Positions 53,298 to 64,000 of a DNA stretch of 64,000 nucleotides are shown here, one piece after another. Source of the DNA: Macrostomum hystrix (Eukaryota > Animalia > Platyhelminthes); NCBI GenBank assembly GCA_950097015.1, contig CATNEN010000033.1:3224001-3288000 (forward strand), in the 5' to 3' direction. Numbering within the stretch: position 1 is the stretch's first letter; each line of letters opens with the position of its first letter. A program made the position numbers and the translations under genes. The notes beneath the pieces are model-generated. The model saw nothing but the letters and a program-made list of their open reading frames with translations, was not told where the DNA came from and searched no databases.

Positions 53298-56200
53298 ATG
53301 GCTGCTCTATTCAATTCCGCTATGCGCTACTTTAATACTACTGGTGGAGCAGAAAAGTGTGATGACTTTGTTAACCAATCCATTGAAGTTGGTCAGCAAT
53401 CGTTTAGGATAAAGCGTTTTATTGCAAAAGGTACGTCTGTTTGACTTTTTGCACTGTATTTTTATAGGTAGCTGTAGAGTAGGAAAGTATAATTTTAAAT
53501 AGTTTACCTTGGCCTAAAATATAAAAATAGTTTTAATTAAAACTTCTTTTCTATATTTCCATTATTTATTTGGGTGCCATGCATTTTGGTATTAGTCACT
53601 GCTTTTTGGTACAGCTCTTTGGGTGGGACTGCTTTTGGTATTGTGTGGTCAATAAAAAACTCGCCACATTATGCAATTTAAAACAAACTTATTTTACCAA
53701 CTTTCAGATATAGTTTGTTCACTGTCTTTAGGTTGAAGTTTAACGTAAACATAAAATTAAAACAGGCATTAAAACAGGCAGCAAAATGGCTTGGTAGTCC
53801 TGCTGTTAATTTCAGATGCAAGTTCTTAAAATAAAGTTTCTTTTATTTTAAGCCTATGGTTTTGCTATGTGGGCTCATATAGCCTCTTTGCAGATATAAG
53901 TTTCTAGACAAAAATATCAAAAGAGGTTCTGTAAGGCTATTATTATAAGTGAAATCAAGGCATTCAGAGATGATTTGTTAAGAATTATCTATATCAGAGG
54001 GCAGAATGTACATTACTTTTGTGGACATTGTCTAATAAAACAGCCATGGCTAGAAAGTTTCATGTTGACCACCCTGTTGTCCATATGATTGAATCAAAGC
54101 AAAGTCTTGTAGATGGTAAGAAAGGCACAAGACAGTTAGCAGTTTTTGGTACTAATCCACTTTTTGTGCATAAATAAATATAGGTTACAATGGCAGTGGC
54201 TTGGATCAAGAACACAATTGGGTCAAAGAATGGCCATGTTTAACTAGCCTTAGCCAACTAATTTTTAGGGTGACCTAAGTACTTTGTTTGAGACTATGAT
54301 ATGCTTTAACTGTAGAAGTGTGTTTTATGCAAATATTTTTTAAACATGCAGCTTTGCTAAAAAACTGATTACAAAAGCTTAATTTATGTATGTATACATT
54401 TTTATATTCATTAAATATAAATTTTACTCAATCCATTTCATTTCAACCATATAATACATCATACTTTTTGTTAGATGAGATGAGAGCCTGATGATGCCTG
54501 GCACAGGACAAAACATGTCACAATAAAAAAACTCGAACTTATTTTCCCTCAATTTTTAATGAATGTAATTACATAAGAAATCTGGCTTGAAACAGAAACC
54601 ACAAATTAACAAGCAGAATAAAAATTTGAATAAAAAGCAAATAATATTTTTCCTATCTGGAATAAACTAGTAACTGTTTTAAGACGCTGCTAAGTTCAAT
54701 ATAGATAACTAAATAGTTATGCAATTCTCACTTTGTTTTTTAGCACCTGAGCACAGTGGTGGTTTCAAACCGTCAATAAAAAAGGACATTAAATCAATAA
54801 GTGTATTATTGTGTCTAATGCTTGACCCAGCACCATTAAAGTAATAAAAATGATACAAAACAATAGCTTAGTGGCAGTAAAAATGTTAGATGGCTTTATT
54901 TTTTATTAAGACATGCATATTTGAGGACAAATATGGCTTTTTGTACACTTTACTAGACTTGTAAAACGGACTTCATTTTTCTCTATTATCTTTAATCCTC
55001 GTCAGGTGGTTTCGCTTTTGTCTTTGAGGCCACAGAAATCAAAACTGGTCGAGATTACGCAATCAAGGTAAGCATTTTAATCAGTCTGTCGCTTTGCTTT
55101 ACATGCTTGATCATCCAGTGATCATTAAAAGAGGTTGCAGTTATGTTTTCAGAGCGTTAGACTCACGACTTAAAGGTCTTGGGTTCGATTCTTGACTTCA
55201 CTAGTACAAATTGTCCTTCAGTCCACCCAGCAGTTAAATGGGTACCAGCCTGGGCTAACTGGGTATTCAGATTATTAAATTGTTTTACAAAAACTGTCAA
55301 AAAATCCTCAGCGCCTGCTGGCAAACGAGAAGTCCAAGTGCAAGGCCATCCTGCAGGAGATCGCCCTGTTGAAACGACTGTCCGGGCATCCCAACATTAT
55401 CGACTTCGTTGCCGCGGCCACCACCGAGAAGGACGGCATGACTGAGTACCTGGTGGTGACCGAGTTCTGCCCCGGCGATCTGGTCAAGATTCTGGAGACT
55501 CGCTGGCCCTCCAAGCCGCTGTTTCCTGACCAGGTGACGCTCATCTTCTTCCAGGCTTGCGCAGCTGTTGAGTTTCTGCACAGCCGCAGTCCGCCAATAG
55601 TACACAGGTTGGTCATGCTGGGCTTCTGCTTGGCCTGATCTGTTGTGCCGACGGGTTTTTTATTCATTGGGGATAAGGGGGGTCAGCTTCAGGCTCGCCG
55701 AAGGCTTCAGGCTTGCAGTAGTTGCTGAATCGGCTTCATGTTTACTGAAGGGTTAGTTCAGATGGTTAGCTTTTCAGGTTCAGTGAAGGATAGGTTAAGA
55801 GGGCTAGCTTCAAGTTCAGTGAAGGACTGGTTAAGAGGGCTAGCTTCAGGTTCAGTCGAAAGACTGGTTAAGAGGGCTAGCTTCAAGTTCAGTCGAAAGA
55901 CTGGTTAAGAGGGCTAGCTTCAGGTTCAGTCGAAAGACTGGTTAAGAGGGCTAGCTTCAGGTTCAGTCGAAAGACTGGTTAAGAGGGCTAGCTTCAAGTT
56001 CAATCGAAAGACTGGTTAAGAGGGCTAGCTTCAAGTTCAATCGAAAGACTGGTTAAGAGGGCTAGCTTCAGGTTCAGTCGAAAGACTGGTTAAGAGGGCT
56101 AGCTTCAGGTTCAGTCGAAAGACTGGTTAAGAGGGCTAGCTTCAAGTTCAATCGAAAGACTGGTTAAGAGGGCTAGCTTCAGGTTCAGTCGAAAGACTGG

Positions 56201-59200
56201 TTAAGAGGGCTAGCTTCAGGTTCAGTCGAAAGACTGGTTAAGAGGGCTAGCTTCAGGTTCAGTGAAGGACTGGTTAAGAGGGCTAGCTTCAGGTTCAGTG
56301 AAGGACTGGTTAAGAGGGCTAGCTTCAGGTTTAAGTCCTTCAGAATTTAGATGGGCATAGATAGACGCGGTACATCAGCCAAAGCTCCCGCCACTTCAGG
56401 GACCTGAAGCTGCAGAACCTGCTGGTGTCCGGCCAGCACACGATAAAGCTGTGCGACTTCGGCAGCTGCACCACCCGGCTGCACTACCCGGACAGCTCCT
56501 GGACAGCCGGCCAGAGGGCCACCGTTCAGGACGAAGTGACGGAGAACACCACTCCGCAGTATCGGGCGCCGGAAGCCCTGGACCTGTACCAGAACCTTCC
56601 CTTGGACACCGGCATGGACAAGTGGGCCCTTGGCTGCCTGCTGTACGTGCTCTGCTACCAGCAGCACCCGTTCGAGGACGGCGCCCGGCTGGCCATACTG
56701 AATGCCGCCTACCGCATGCCGCAGGACGACACCACCTTTGCCCACCTGCAGCCGGTCATTCGCGACCTGCTGGTTGTCAATCCGCTACAGCGACCGGATT
56801 TGTCTCAGCTGATGTCTCACTTGGAGACTCTCGTATCGCCCGGCGTAGATCCCAGGGGACCTGTACAGGGCCTGCTGCCTGGCAACCCCGTCCCCAGGGT
56901 GGCTCATCAGCAGACGCCGCCTCAGCCGCCCCCACCGCAGCAGCAGCAGCCACCAGCAAGACCACCGCCACCTGCGAGGCCGCCTGCTGTTCCGGGTCAA
57001 GGTGGTGAGACTGATGGGCCAGCAATGTTTCTAGTAGCAAATTAAACTCAGAGGCTAGGCCAGCAATCCCTCTTCAACCACAATGGCTAGGCTAGCAGTC
57101 CATTCTTCAATCTCTGAGGCTTAGCATTCCACTTTAGTTTCCATCAACCTCAGAGGCTAGGCTAGCAATCCACTCCTGTCCAATCAGCCTCAATAGCCTA
57201 TCAATAGGCTAGACTAGCAATCATAACTAAATATCTTCAATCCATAAATATTTTAGGTCATCAAACCAGTGAAAATCCGGCTGCCCCGGCCGCGGCTGGC
57301 GTCCCCGCTGGGTCGGTTCTGTCGTCATTCATGGGCCAGATTCGCGCCGCCAGCGGTCGGATCACGGAGACGGTGGCAGCCATGAGCCGGGAGGGCTTGG
57401 ACTTGCATTACCTCACCAGCCGGCTGGCCGTCATGTCCTACCCGGCCGAGGGCCTTGAGTCCGCCTATCGCAATCACTATGAGGATGTTCGCGCCTTCCT
57501 AGACTCCCGGCATCCGCGCGCCTACGCCGTCTACAATCTCAGCACCAGGCGCTATCCGGCCAGCAGATTTGAGGGCCGGGTCTCCGAGGTCGGCTGGGAG
57601 GCCGGAACGGCGCCACCATTGACCTCCCTGTTTGCGATTCTGCGCAACATGCAACTGTGGCTGCGTCAGGTGATTCTGAGGGACTAATACTTTCGTAGAA
57701 AACTTTTTATCTCATAAAATCACATTTAACCCGTCCAGAATCCATTCGTTGTATCCTAGTGGCAGGAGCGACTTGAAGGTCAGAGGTTCGATTCCCGAAT
57801 CCACTAGAACAGTTTGTGGCCCATTAGCATGACACTTAACTCTACATTGCTTGAGTTCATTCAGCTGTTAAATAGGTACCTGCATCAGCTGGGGGTAATT
57901 GCGGTTGGGTCTAGCATCCCCCAGTCCATAGACTGAATAGTCAGGTGTAATTAATTAGTCATTATTATTGCAGGGACCGAACACAGTGTGCGTTCTGCAC
58001 TGCCTGGACGGCAAGGCCAGCAGCGCGATGGTCGCCGCTGCCACCTGCTGCTTCCTTCGCCTGTTCCCGTCACCGCGTCACGGCCTTGAGCTGTTCACCT
58101 CCCGCCGCTGCCCGCCTCATATCTCGCCGTCGCAGCGTCGCTACGCAGACTACGCGGCGGCGATGGTAGCCAGCCCGCCGCGGATGCCGCATCGCCAGCC
58201 GGTGATGCTGGTGACCCTCACGTTGGCCCCGGTGCCGCTATTCAACAGGCAGCGTCGAGGCTGCACGCCCTACGCCGAGGTTTGGGCCAATGGTGACCGG
58301 GTGCTGACGACCTGCCCGGAGGCCTACGAGTCCATGCTGACGGCTGTGGCCGAGGATGGCAAAGTGCGACTCGGCCTGAACATCTCGGTGTGCGGCGATG
58401 TCACCATATCCGTGTTCCACGCCAGATCCACCATTGGCGGCAAACTGCAGGGCCGGGTGAGTCAAGGGCGCCTTTGACTACATCCTTGAGGGTATGACCG
58501 ATGACCGATTGGTATGACTCACTGAATGACCGATTGGTATGACTCACTGAATGACCGATTGGTATGACTCACTGAATGACCGATTGGTATGACTCACTGA
58601 ATGACCGATTGGTATGACTCACTGAATAACCGATTGGTATGACTCACTGAATAACCGATTGGTATGACTCACTGAATGACCGATTGGTATGACTCACTGA
58701 ATAACCGATTGGTATGACTCACTGAATAACCGATTGGTATGACTCACTGAATAACCGATTGGTATGACTCACTGAATAACCGATTGGTATGACTCACTGA
58801 ATGACTGAACGATCGGTATGAGACAATATTACCTTGACGCGTTGATAGGCTTAAATAAAAATTGCTGTAATCCATGAATGGCAACAGGTAAATATTTTTG
58901 GTTGTGAGACTCTAGTTTATTAAGAATACGGTGGCATTTGATGACCGTGGACGTGACACTTTCAAAAGTTTGACAAAATATAATTATTTTCAGTCTCGAA
59001 ATTGGTTAAGAAAGGTAAAGCATGTCTGGCTGTTATTTCTACGAATTTCGCAGCATTTTTGATTCCGCTGAAAAGGTTTTTGTTCGACCTTTACTTGCGT
59101 TTTTCATGTGTTTAATTTTCCTTTGTGTGTAAGATTATTAACTCTAAGCATTTTTTCCAATGTTCGAGTAGATGCTTTCACGTTGGTGTTCGGACAAACT

Positions 59201-60914
59201 TTCAGCTTGCCAGTTCTTTAAAGTGCAAAAATCGCTATATTAACACAATCAAAATTTTCCCATTCTTACACCCACGCAGACAGAACCACTTCCAATGTAC
59301 ACTCGCCTCCTCCATACCACTAATGTACACTCGCCTCCTCCATACCACTAATGTACACTCGCCTCCTCCATACCACTAATGTACACTCGCCTCCTCCATA
59401 CCACTAATGTACACTCGCCTCCTCCATACCACTAATGTACACTCGCCTCCTCCATACCACTAATGTACACTCGCCTCCTCCATACCACTAATGTACACTC
59501 GCCTCCTCCATACCACTAATGTACACTCGCCTCCACCCTACCACTAATGTACACTCGCCTCCACCCTACCACTAATGTACACTCGCCTCCACCCTACCAC
59601 TAATGTACACTCGCTTCCACCCTCCCCCAAAATGTACATTCGCCTTTGCCCTCCCTGAATGTTCATTTGCCTTCACCCAATGTACGATAGTGTCAGCTCT
59701 TCCCCGATTTTCATGCGATTCTACCCACCCGAATGTGCATTAAGTCCCTCAAATACACATCCGATAATATACAGCCATGGGTGTACGATAAACAGGTTTT
59801 CCACTATTGATTAATTAGTTGATAAACTAACGTTAAATTTTGCTCTTTCGGTCTAAAATTGCAGATCAGCTCCATGAAGATCTGCCAGGTGCAGTTTCAC
59901 ACCGGCTACGTTCGCGAGGATTTCGATCGGCTCAATTTTACTAAGTGAGTGCCTGCTGTGTGTTTTGTTGTACCCGGCCTGAATTAATTATTGCCTGCTC
60001 AACCAATCCCACCCAGATACGAGCTGGACTTTCTAGACACCGACGACAAATACCCCGGCGACTTCAAGCTGTCTCTGGACATTGTTGTCTCGCCGCAGGC
60101 CAAGCCTTTGGTTGACGGCCCGCCGCCCTGGGACGGCTTTCAGGCTCGCGGCCTGAAGCCCCGGCTGCTGGTGTCCGAGGACGAGGAGCTCCAGCGTCTG
60201 CGCGCTGATTTTCTGCGCGACGGCGAAGCTCCGCCACTGGTCAGTCCGGCCGACTCGCAGGACTCCCCGGTTGCCGAACGGGCGCCAACCAAATCGGCGG
60301 CTGCGACGGCTACGGCTACGTCAACGCCTGCAGCCGCGCCACAGAAGCCTCAACGCGAGGGCGCTACGTCGTTTTTCGAAACTCTTGAATGGCACGACTC
60401 CGAGTCGCCTGGCCAGACTCCGGCTCAGCCGCAGCTGCCGGGCGGCGCTCAAACCGAGGACGCGCCTCGCGATTACGAAGCCGAGGCTCTGCGCGCCGCT
60501 CACCGAGAGGCCGAGCGCGAGCGCGCCGAAGCTGCCGCCCAACGTCACCGACAACTCTCCGGTGAGGGCGGCGGCGGCGGCAGCGGCTTCTTTGATCAGA
60601 AGCCGACTACTGAGTCCGTGTTTACGATGCCGTCATCGGCCTCCGCCGAGCTTGACGATGACGCCGGTGTCGCCGACCTGCTGGGCTTTGGCGGTGGCGG
60701 TGGTGGCAGCGGCGTTGCGGCCAGTAGCAACGGCGGTCTGAGTCCAGGTGTCTCGGCCGCCAACTTGCGACAGACTCAATCCAATGCAGATCTGCTCAGC
60801 GATTTGTTCTCCGGCACTCCCTCCACTTCCGCCGCCGGCGCTTCGGCGACGCCGCCTTTGAAGGCTCCCTACGTGGTCGATGATTTCTTTGGCGGTCCGA
60901 ATTTCACTATTGGC

Positions 60915-60945
<31 letters not shown>

Positions 60946-62139
60946 GCGGTGGAAACGCCGGGAAATCCGACCTGCTTGACTTTGGTCCGTCGGCCGGAGT
61001 TGGAAATCTGGAATTCGATCCGTTTGCGCCTTTGAGTGGCCAGCAGCAGCAGCGGCAGCAGCAGCAACAACAACAAGCAGGGCCGCACTCTCAGCAACCA
61101 TCTCGACCCCCGCCACCGTCTATGGCTTTCGGTGGGCAGCAGCAGCAGGCAAAGCCGAACTACAGTCGGTCAAATTTCTCGCAGCCCTCGAAGCCTCAGC
61201 AGTCTTCTTCCTCGTCTTCATTCTTCGGCGGCAGCGGTGTCGGCAGCGCGAGCTCCTCTGGCCTATTCGACGACCTGCTGAAGGGTGCCGGCCACGCGAA
61301 TTTCGTCGGCTCCGGGCAGAACGAACGAAAGGAGCCGCGCAGCCTGCACGAGATGAAGCAGCAGGCCAGGACGCAGTCCATGGACCCGGAGAGAGCCAAG
61401 TAAGCAGCTGCTTTGTCGACTATCTGTGCCTATCCAGCAATCGATTCTTCAGAGGCTTGGCTAGCAATCCACTCTAGTCCAATCAACCTCAGAGGCTAGG
61501 CTAGCAATCCAGTGCAGATAACATCTGCCTCAGAGGCTAGGCTAGCAATCCAGTCTAGATTTCATTTGCCTCAGTGGCTAGGCTAGCAATCCAGCCTAGA
61601 TTCCGTCTGCCTCAGAGGCTAGACTAGCAATCCAGTCTAGATTCCATTTGCCTCAGAGGCTAGACTAGCAATCCAGCCTAGATTCCGTCTGCCTCAGAGG
61701 CTAGACTAGCAATCCAGTCTAGATTCCATCTGCCTCAGTGGCTAGACTAGCAATCCAGTCTAGATTCCATCTGCCTCAGAGGCTAGGCTAGCAATCCAGT
61801 CTAGATTCCATCTGCCTCAGAGGCTAGGCTAGCAATCCAGTCCAATTGAATCCCAACCGCAGAGTTGAGGCCTGGGTGGCAGGCAAGGAGCGCAATGTTC
61901 GCGGCCTGCTGTGCACGCTGCACACGGTTGTCTGGGACGGCTGTCGCTGGACCCAGGTGTCTATGGCCGATCTAGTCAGCGGCGACCAGGTGAAGAAGGT
62001 GTACAGAAAGGCCTGCCTGGCCGTGCACCCGGACAAATGGGCCGGCACCCAGCACGAGGCCTTCTCAAAGCTGGTGTTTGTTGAACTAAACGACGCCTGG
62101 TCCGCCTTTGAGGAGTCTGGCATGCGAAGTCTGTACTAG
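53298..62139 (+). CDS. GAK: Cyclin G-associated kinase / auxilin (NAK kinase, PTEN-like, C2, J domain), 1243 aa
   Basis: Exons 53298-53430, 55006-55067, 55312-55607, 56400-57004, 57257-57669, 57974-58456, 59865-59944, 60017-61399 and 61863-62139 (3732 nt, in frame). Motifs: AKGGFAFVF, YAIK, HRDLKLQN, CDFGS, TTPQYRAPE; YLTSRLAVMSYPAEG; HCLDGKAS; DPF/DFF motifs; J domain KKVYRKACLAVHPDK. Confidence 0.95.
55150..55265 (+). mobile_element. Internally deleted SINE family B copy (GAK intron 2)
   Basis: GGGTTCGATTCTT B box followed by CAGTCCACCCAGCAGTTAAATGGGTACC. Confidence 0.65.
55765..56330. repeat. 37-bp GACTGGTTAAGAGGGCTAGCTTCAGGTTCAGTCGAAA array (GAK intron 3)
   Basis: Period 37 (55862 and 55899). 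Confidence 0.95.
57048..57225. repeat. Degenerate AGGCTAGGCTAGCAATCC array (GAK intron 4)
   Basis: Five diverged copies of a motif shared with the intron 8 array. Confidence 0.7.
57755..57945 (+). mobile_element. SINE family B copy (GAK intron 5)
   Basis: CCTAGTGG A-box-like and GGTTCGATTCCC B box; body matches the reverse complement of 38628-38841. Confidence 0.75.
58497..58805. repeat. 25-bp GACCGATTGGTATGACTCACTGAAT array (GAK intron 6)
   Basis: Period 25, about 12 copies. Confidence 0.95.
59290..59640. repeat. 28-bp CATACCACTAATGTACACTCGCCTCCTC array (GAK intron 6)
   Basis: Period 28. Confidence 0.94.
61450..61842. repeat. 41-bp CTGCCTCAGAGGCTAGGCTAGCAATCCAGTCTAGATTCCAT array (GAK intron 8)
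   Basis: Period 41 (61771 and 61812); ends about 20 nt before the acceptor. Confidence 0.94.
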
Positions 62140-62774
62140 ACTATGTTTGCAAGGCTTTAAACCAGTATAAATGAAATCTATGCGAGTATGATGTGTGTAT
62201 CCTCCTCGCTTTTCGATAAGAGAAATGTTATTATAATTATACAATTATCGCAATATTCCTATTTCCAGTAGGTTACGTTGGATAATTATTTCATTTCCCA
62301 TGGGTTATGTACAGTAGTTATCTCTATATCAGTGGGATTTGTGGGCTAATTATCCTCATCTTACCACGTCTTCTGAAAAAGTGTATTGTCTGTTTCCTTA
62401 TAAATAAGTAAATTTCAGTTTTGTTAATCTTGATTTGTCAACTGTTATTAGAAATTTATTATTTCATTCCATTGTCAAATATCAGCCGTGAATGACGGAT
62501 CATGATTGACTCTAGTTGATCAATGCATAATACTTATTATTAATTACTGTTTTATATCCATGCGCACTATTTCTTCATCTCGTGTTGTCACTTTTTTCTA
62601 TTCTTGACCCTGCTAACTGCTGTTAGAATTGTTCAGTACCCGAGCATAGTCCGCATGAGTCTCTCATCTATTCTCTTTGATTCTACAAGTATTATATAAT
62701 GATTATTTGTAGCACTCCACGCGGTGACTGTTGCCTGCGATTTCCTACGAATTACGCATTGAGCGACAATCTGA

Positions 62775-63475
62775 TCACTGATAGCGACTGGATAGCTGAT
62801 AATCACTGATAGCACCTGGATAGCTGATAATGACTGATAGCAACTGGATAGCTGATAATGACTGATAGCAACTGGATAGCTGATAATGACTGATAGCAAC
62901 TGGATAGCTGATAATGACTGATAGCAACTGGATAGCTGATATCACTGATAGCGACTGGATAGCTGATAATCACTGATAGCGACTGGATAGCTGATAATGA
63001 CTGATAGCAACTGGATAGCTGATAATGACTGATAGCAACTGGATAGCTGATAATGACTGATAGCGACTGGATAGCTGATAATCACTGATAGCGACTGGAT
63101 AGCTGATAATGACTGATAGCAACTGGATAGCTGATAATGACTGATAGCGACTGGATAGCTGATAATGACTGATAGCGACTGGATAGCTGATACTCACTGA
63201 TAGCGACTGGATAGCTGATAATGACTGATAGCGACTGGATAGCTGATAATGACTGATAGCAACTGGATAGCTGATAATGACTGATAGCGACTGGATAGCT
63301 GATACTCACTGATAGCAACTGGATAGCTGATAATGACTGATAGCAACTGGATAGCTGATAATGACTGATAGCAACTGGATAGCTGATAATGACTGATAGC
63401 AACTGGATAGCTGATAATGACTGATAGCAACTGGATAGCTGATAATGACTGATAGCAACTGGATAGCTGATAACT
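62775..63475. repeat. 28-bp CTGATAGCAACTGGATAGCTGATAATGA array downstream of GAK
   Basis: Period 28. Confidence 0.95.
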
Positions 63476-64000
63476 AATAGCGGATAGCTAATAGTGACTG
63501 TATAATTAGCTTAATGTTTCACTAATGATAACAGAATTATTGGTTTAATGTGTTGTACTGTTTAATGCAAAACGGTTCTTGATCCGCTGTTAGCTAGTAT
63601 GCTTTTTTTAAGCATTGTTGATCCTAGGCTAATTAAAAAAATTGTATGACTGAGTCTAGCCAAAACACTGCATACTACTAGACTCATTCCAGTAGCATAT
63701 TACGCGAATTCTCCGTGGTCACCTGTGCTTTTTTGCGTGTCTCTGCTTATCTTTTAGTTCTTTTTGTTCTCACGCAATCACTGCTTAATTTTTTTCTTAT
63801 ATTTTTTCAAGTCTTTGTTTTGTTGAATGTTTTGTTAAAATAGACAAATTATTTTATTTGTTTTCTATCTCCTGTCTTATATGGGGTCAGGGCGCGCCAC
63901 ATATGATCTGTGAAAGAAAACTATTGATTTATGATTCCTCATATTAGTGTTTATTATTACGACCTAGAAGACCTATTATATTGTTTATTTAGCTTCTCTG

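Noticed and set aside
54484-54525. Hammerhead-ribozyme-like string CTGATGA-TGCCT...AGG-ACAAAAC-ATGTC (Penelope-type)
   Set aside because: The conserved GAAA is AAAA and no helix I partner exists. At best it is a dead remnant. A similar candidate on the minus strand at about 440-500 also fails (no UH cleavage pairing).
57995-58025. GAK PTEN-like domain HCLDGKAS lacking the catalytic CX5R arginine
   Set aside because: Loss of the CX5R arginine is the known state of auxilin/GAK pseudophosphatase domains, so it is not novel.

Overview
Eukaryotic (animal) genomic DNA with GT-AG introns and GC-rich exons. The style (compact genes, minisatellite-filled introns) resembles the flatworm Macrostomum; this is an inference, not verified. 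Nine genes were spliced by hand. (1) Class A peptide-receptor-like GPCR (-). (2) An unrecognised 91-aa signal-peptide/prohormone-like precursor (+) that the ORF track misses because its exons are tiny. (3) A three-PDZ-domain protein (-). (4) Complexin with a CAAX box (+). (5) An apparently intronless 2138-aa DCDC1-like protein (-) carrying a CEP120-like C2 domain. (6) ARL6IP1 (+). (7) Group III secreted phospholipase A2 (-). (8) SH3BGR-family protein (-). (9) GAK/auxilin (+). The dominant non-coding feature is over 30 tandem arrays with 4-45 bp units. 18 of the 28 modelled introns carry an array, usually a private one, and some introns consist almost entirely of the array. Seeds are occasionally shared between neighbouring loci, once in inverted orientation. 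Two tRNA-derived SINE families and a MITE-like element whose two copies have swapped arms are also present. Most long ORFs in the supplied track are stop-free repeat read-throughs. No CRISPR, rRNA or genuine tRNA gene was found.
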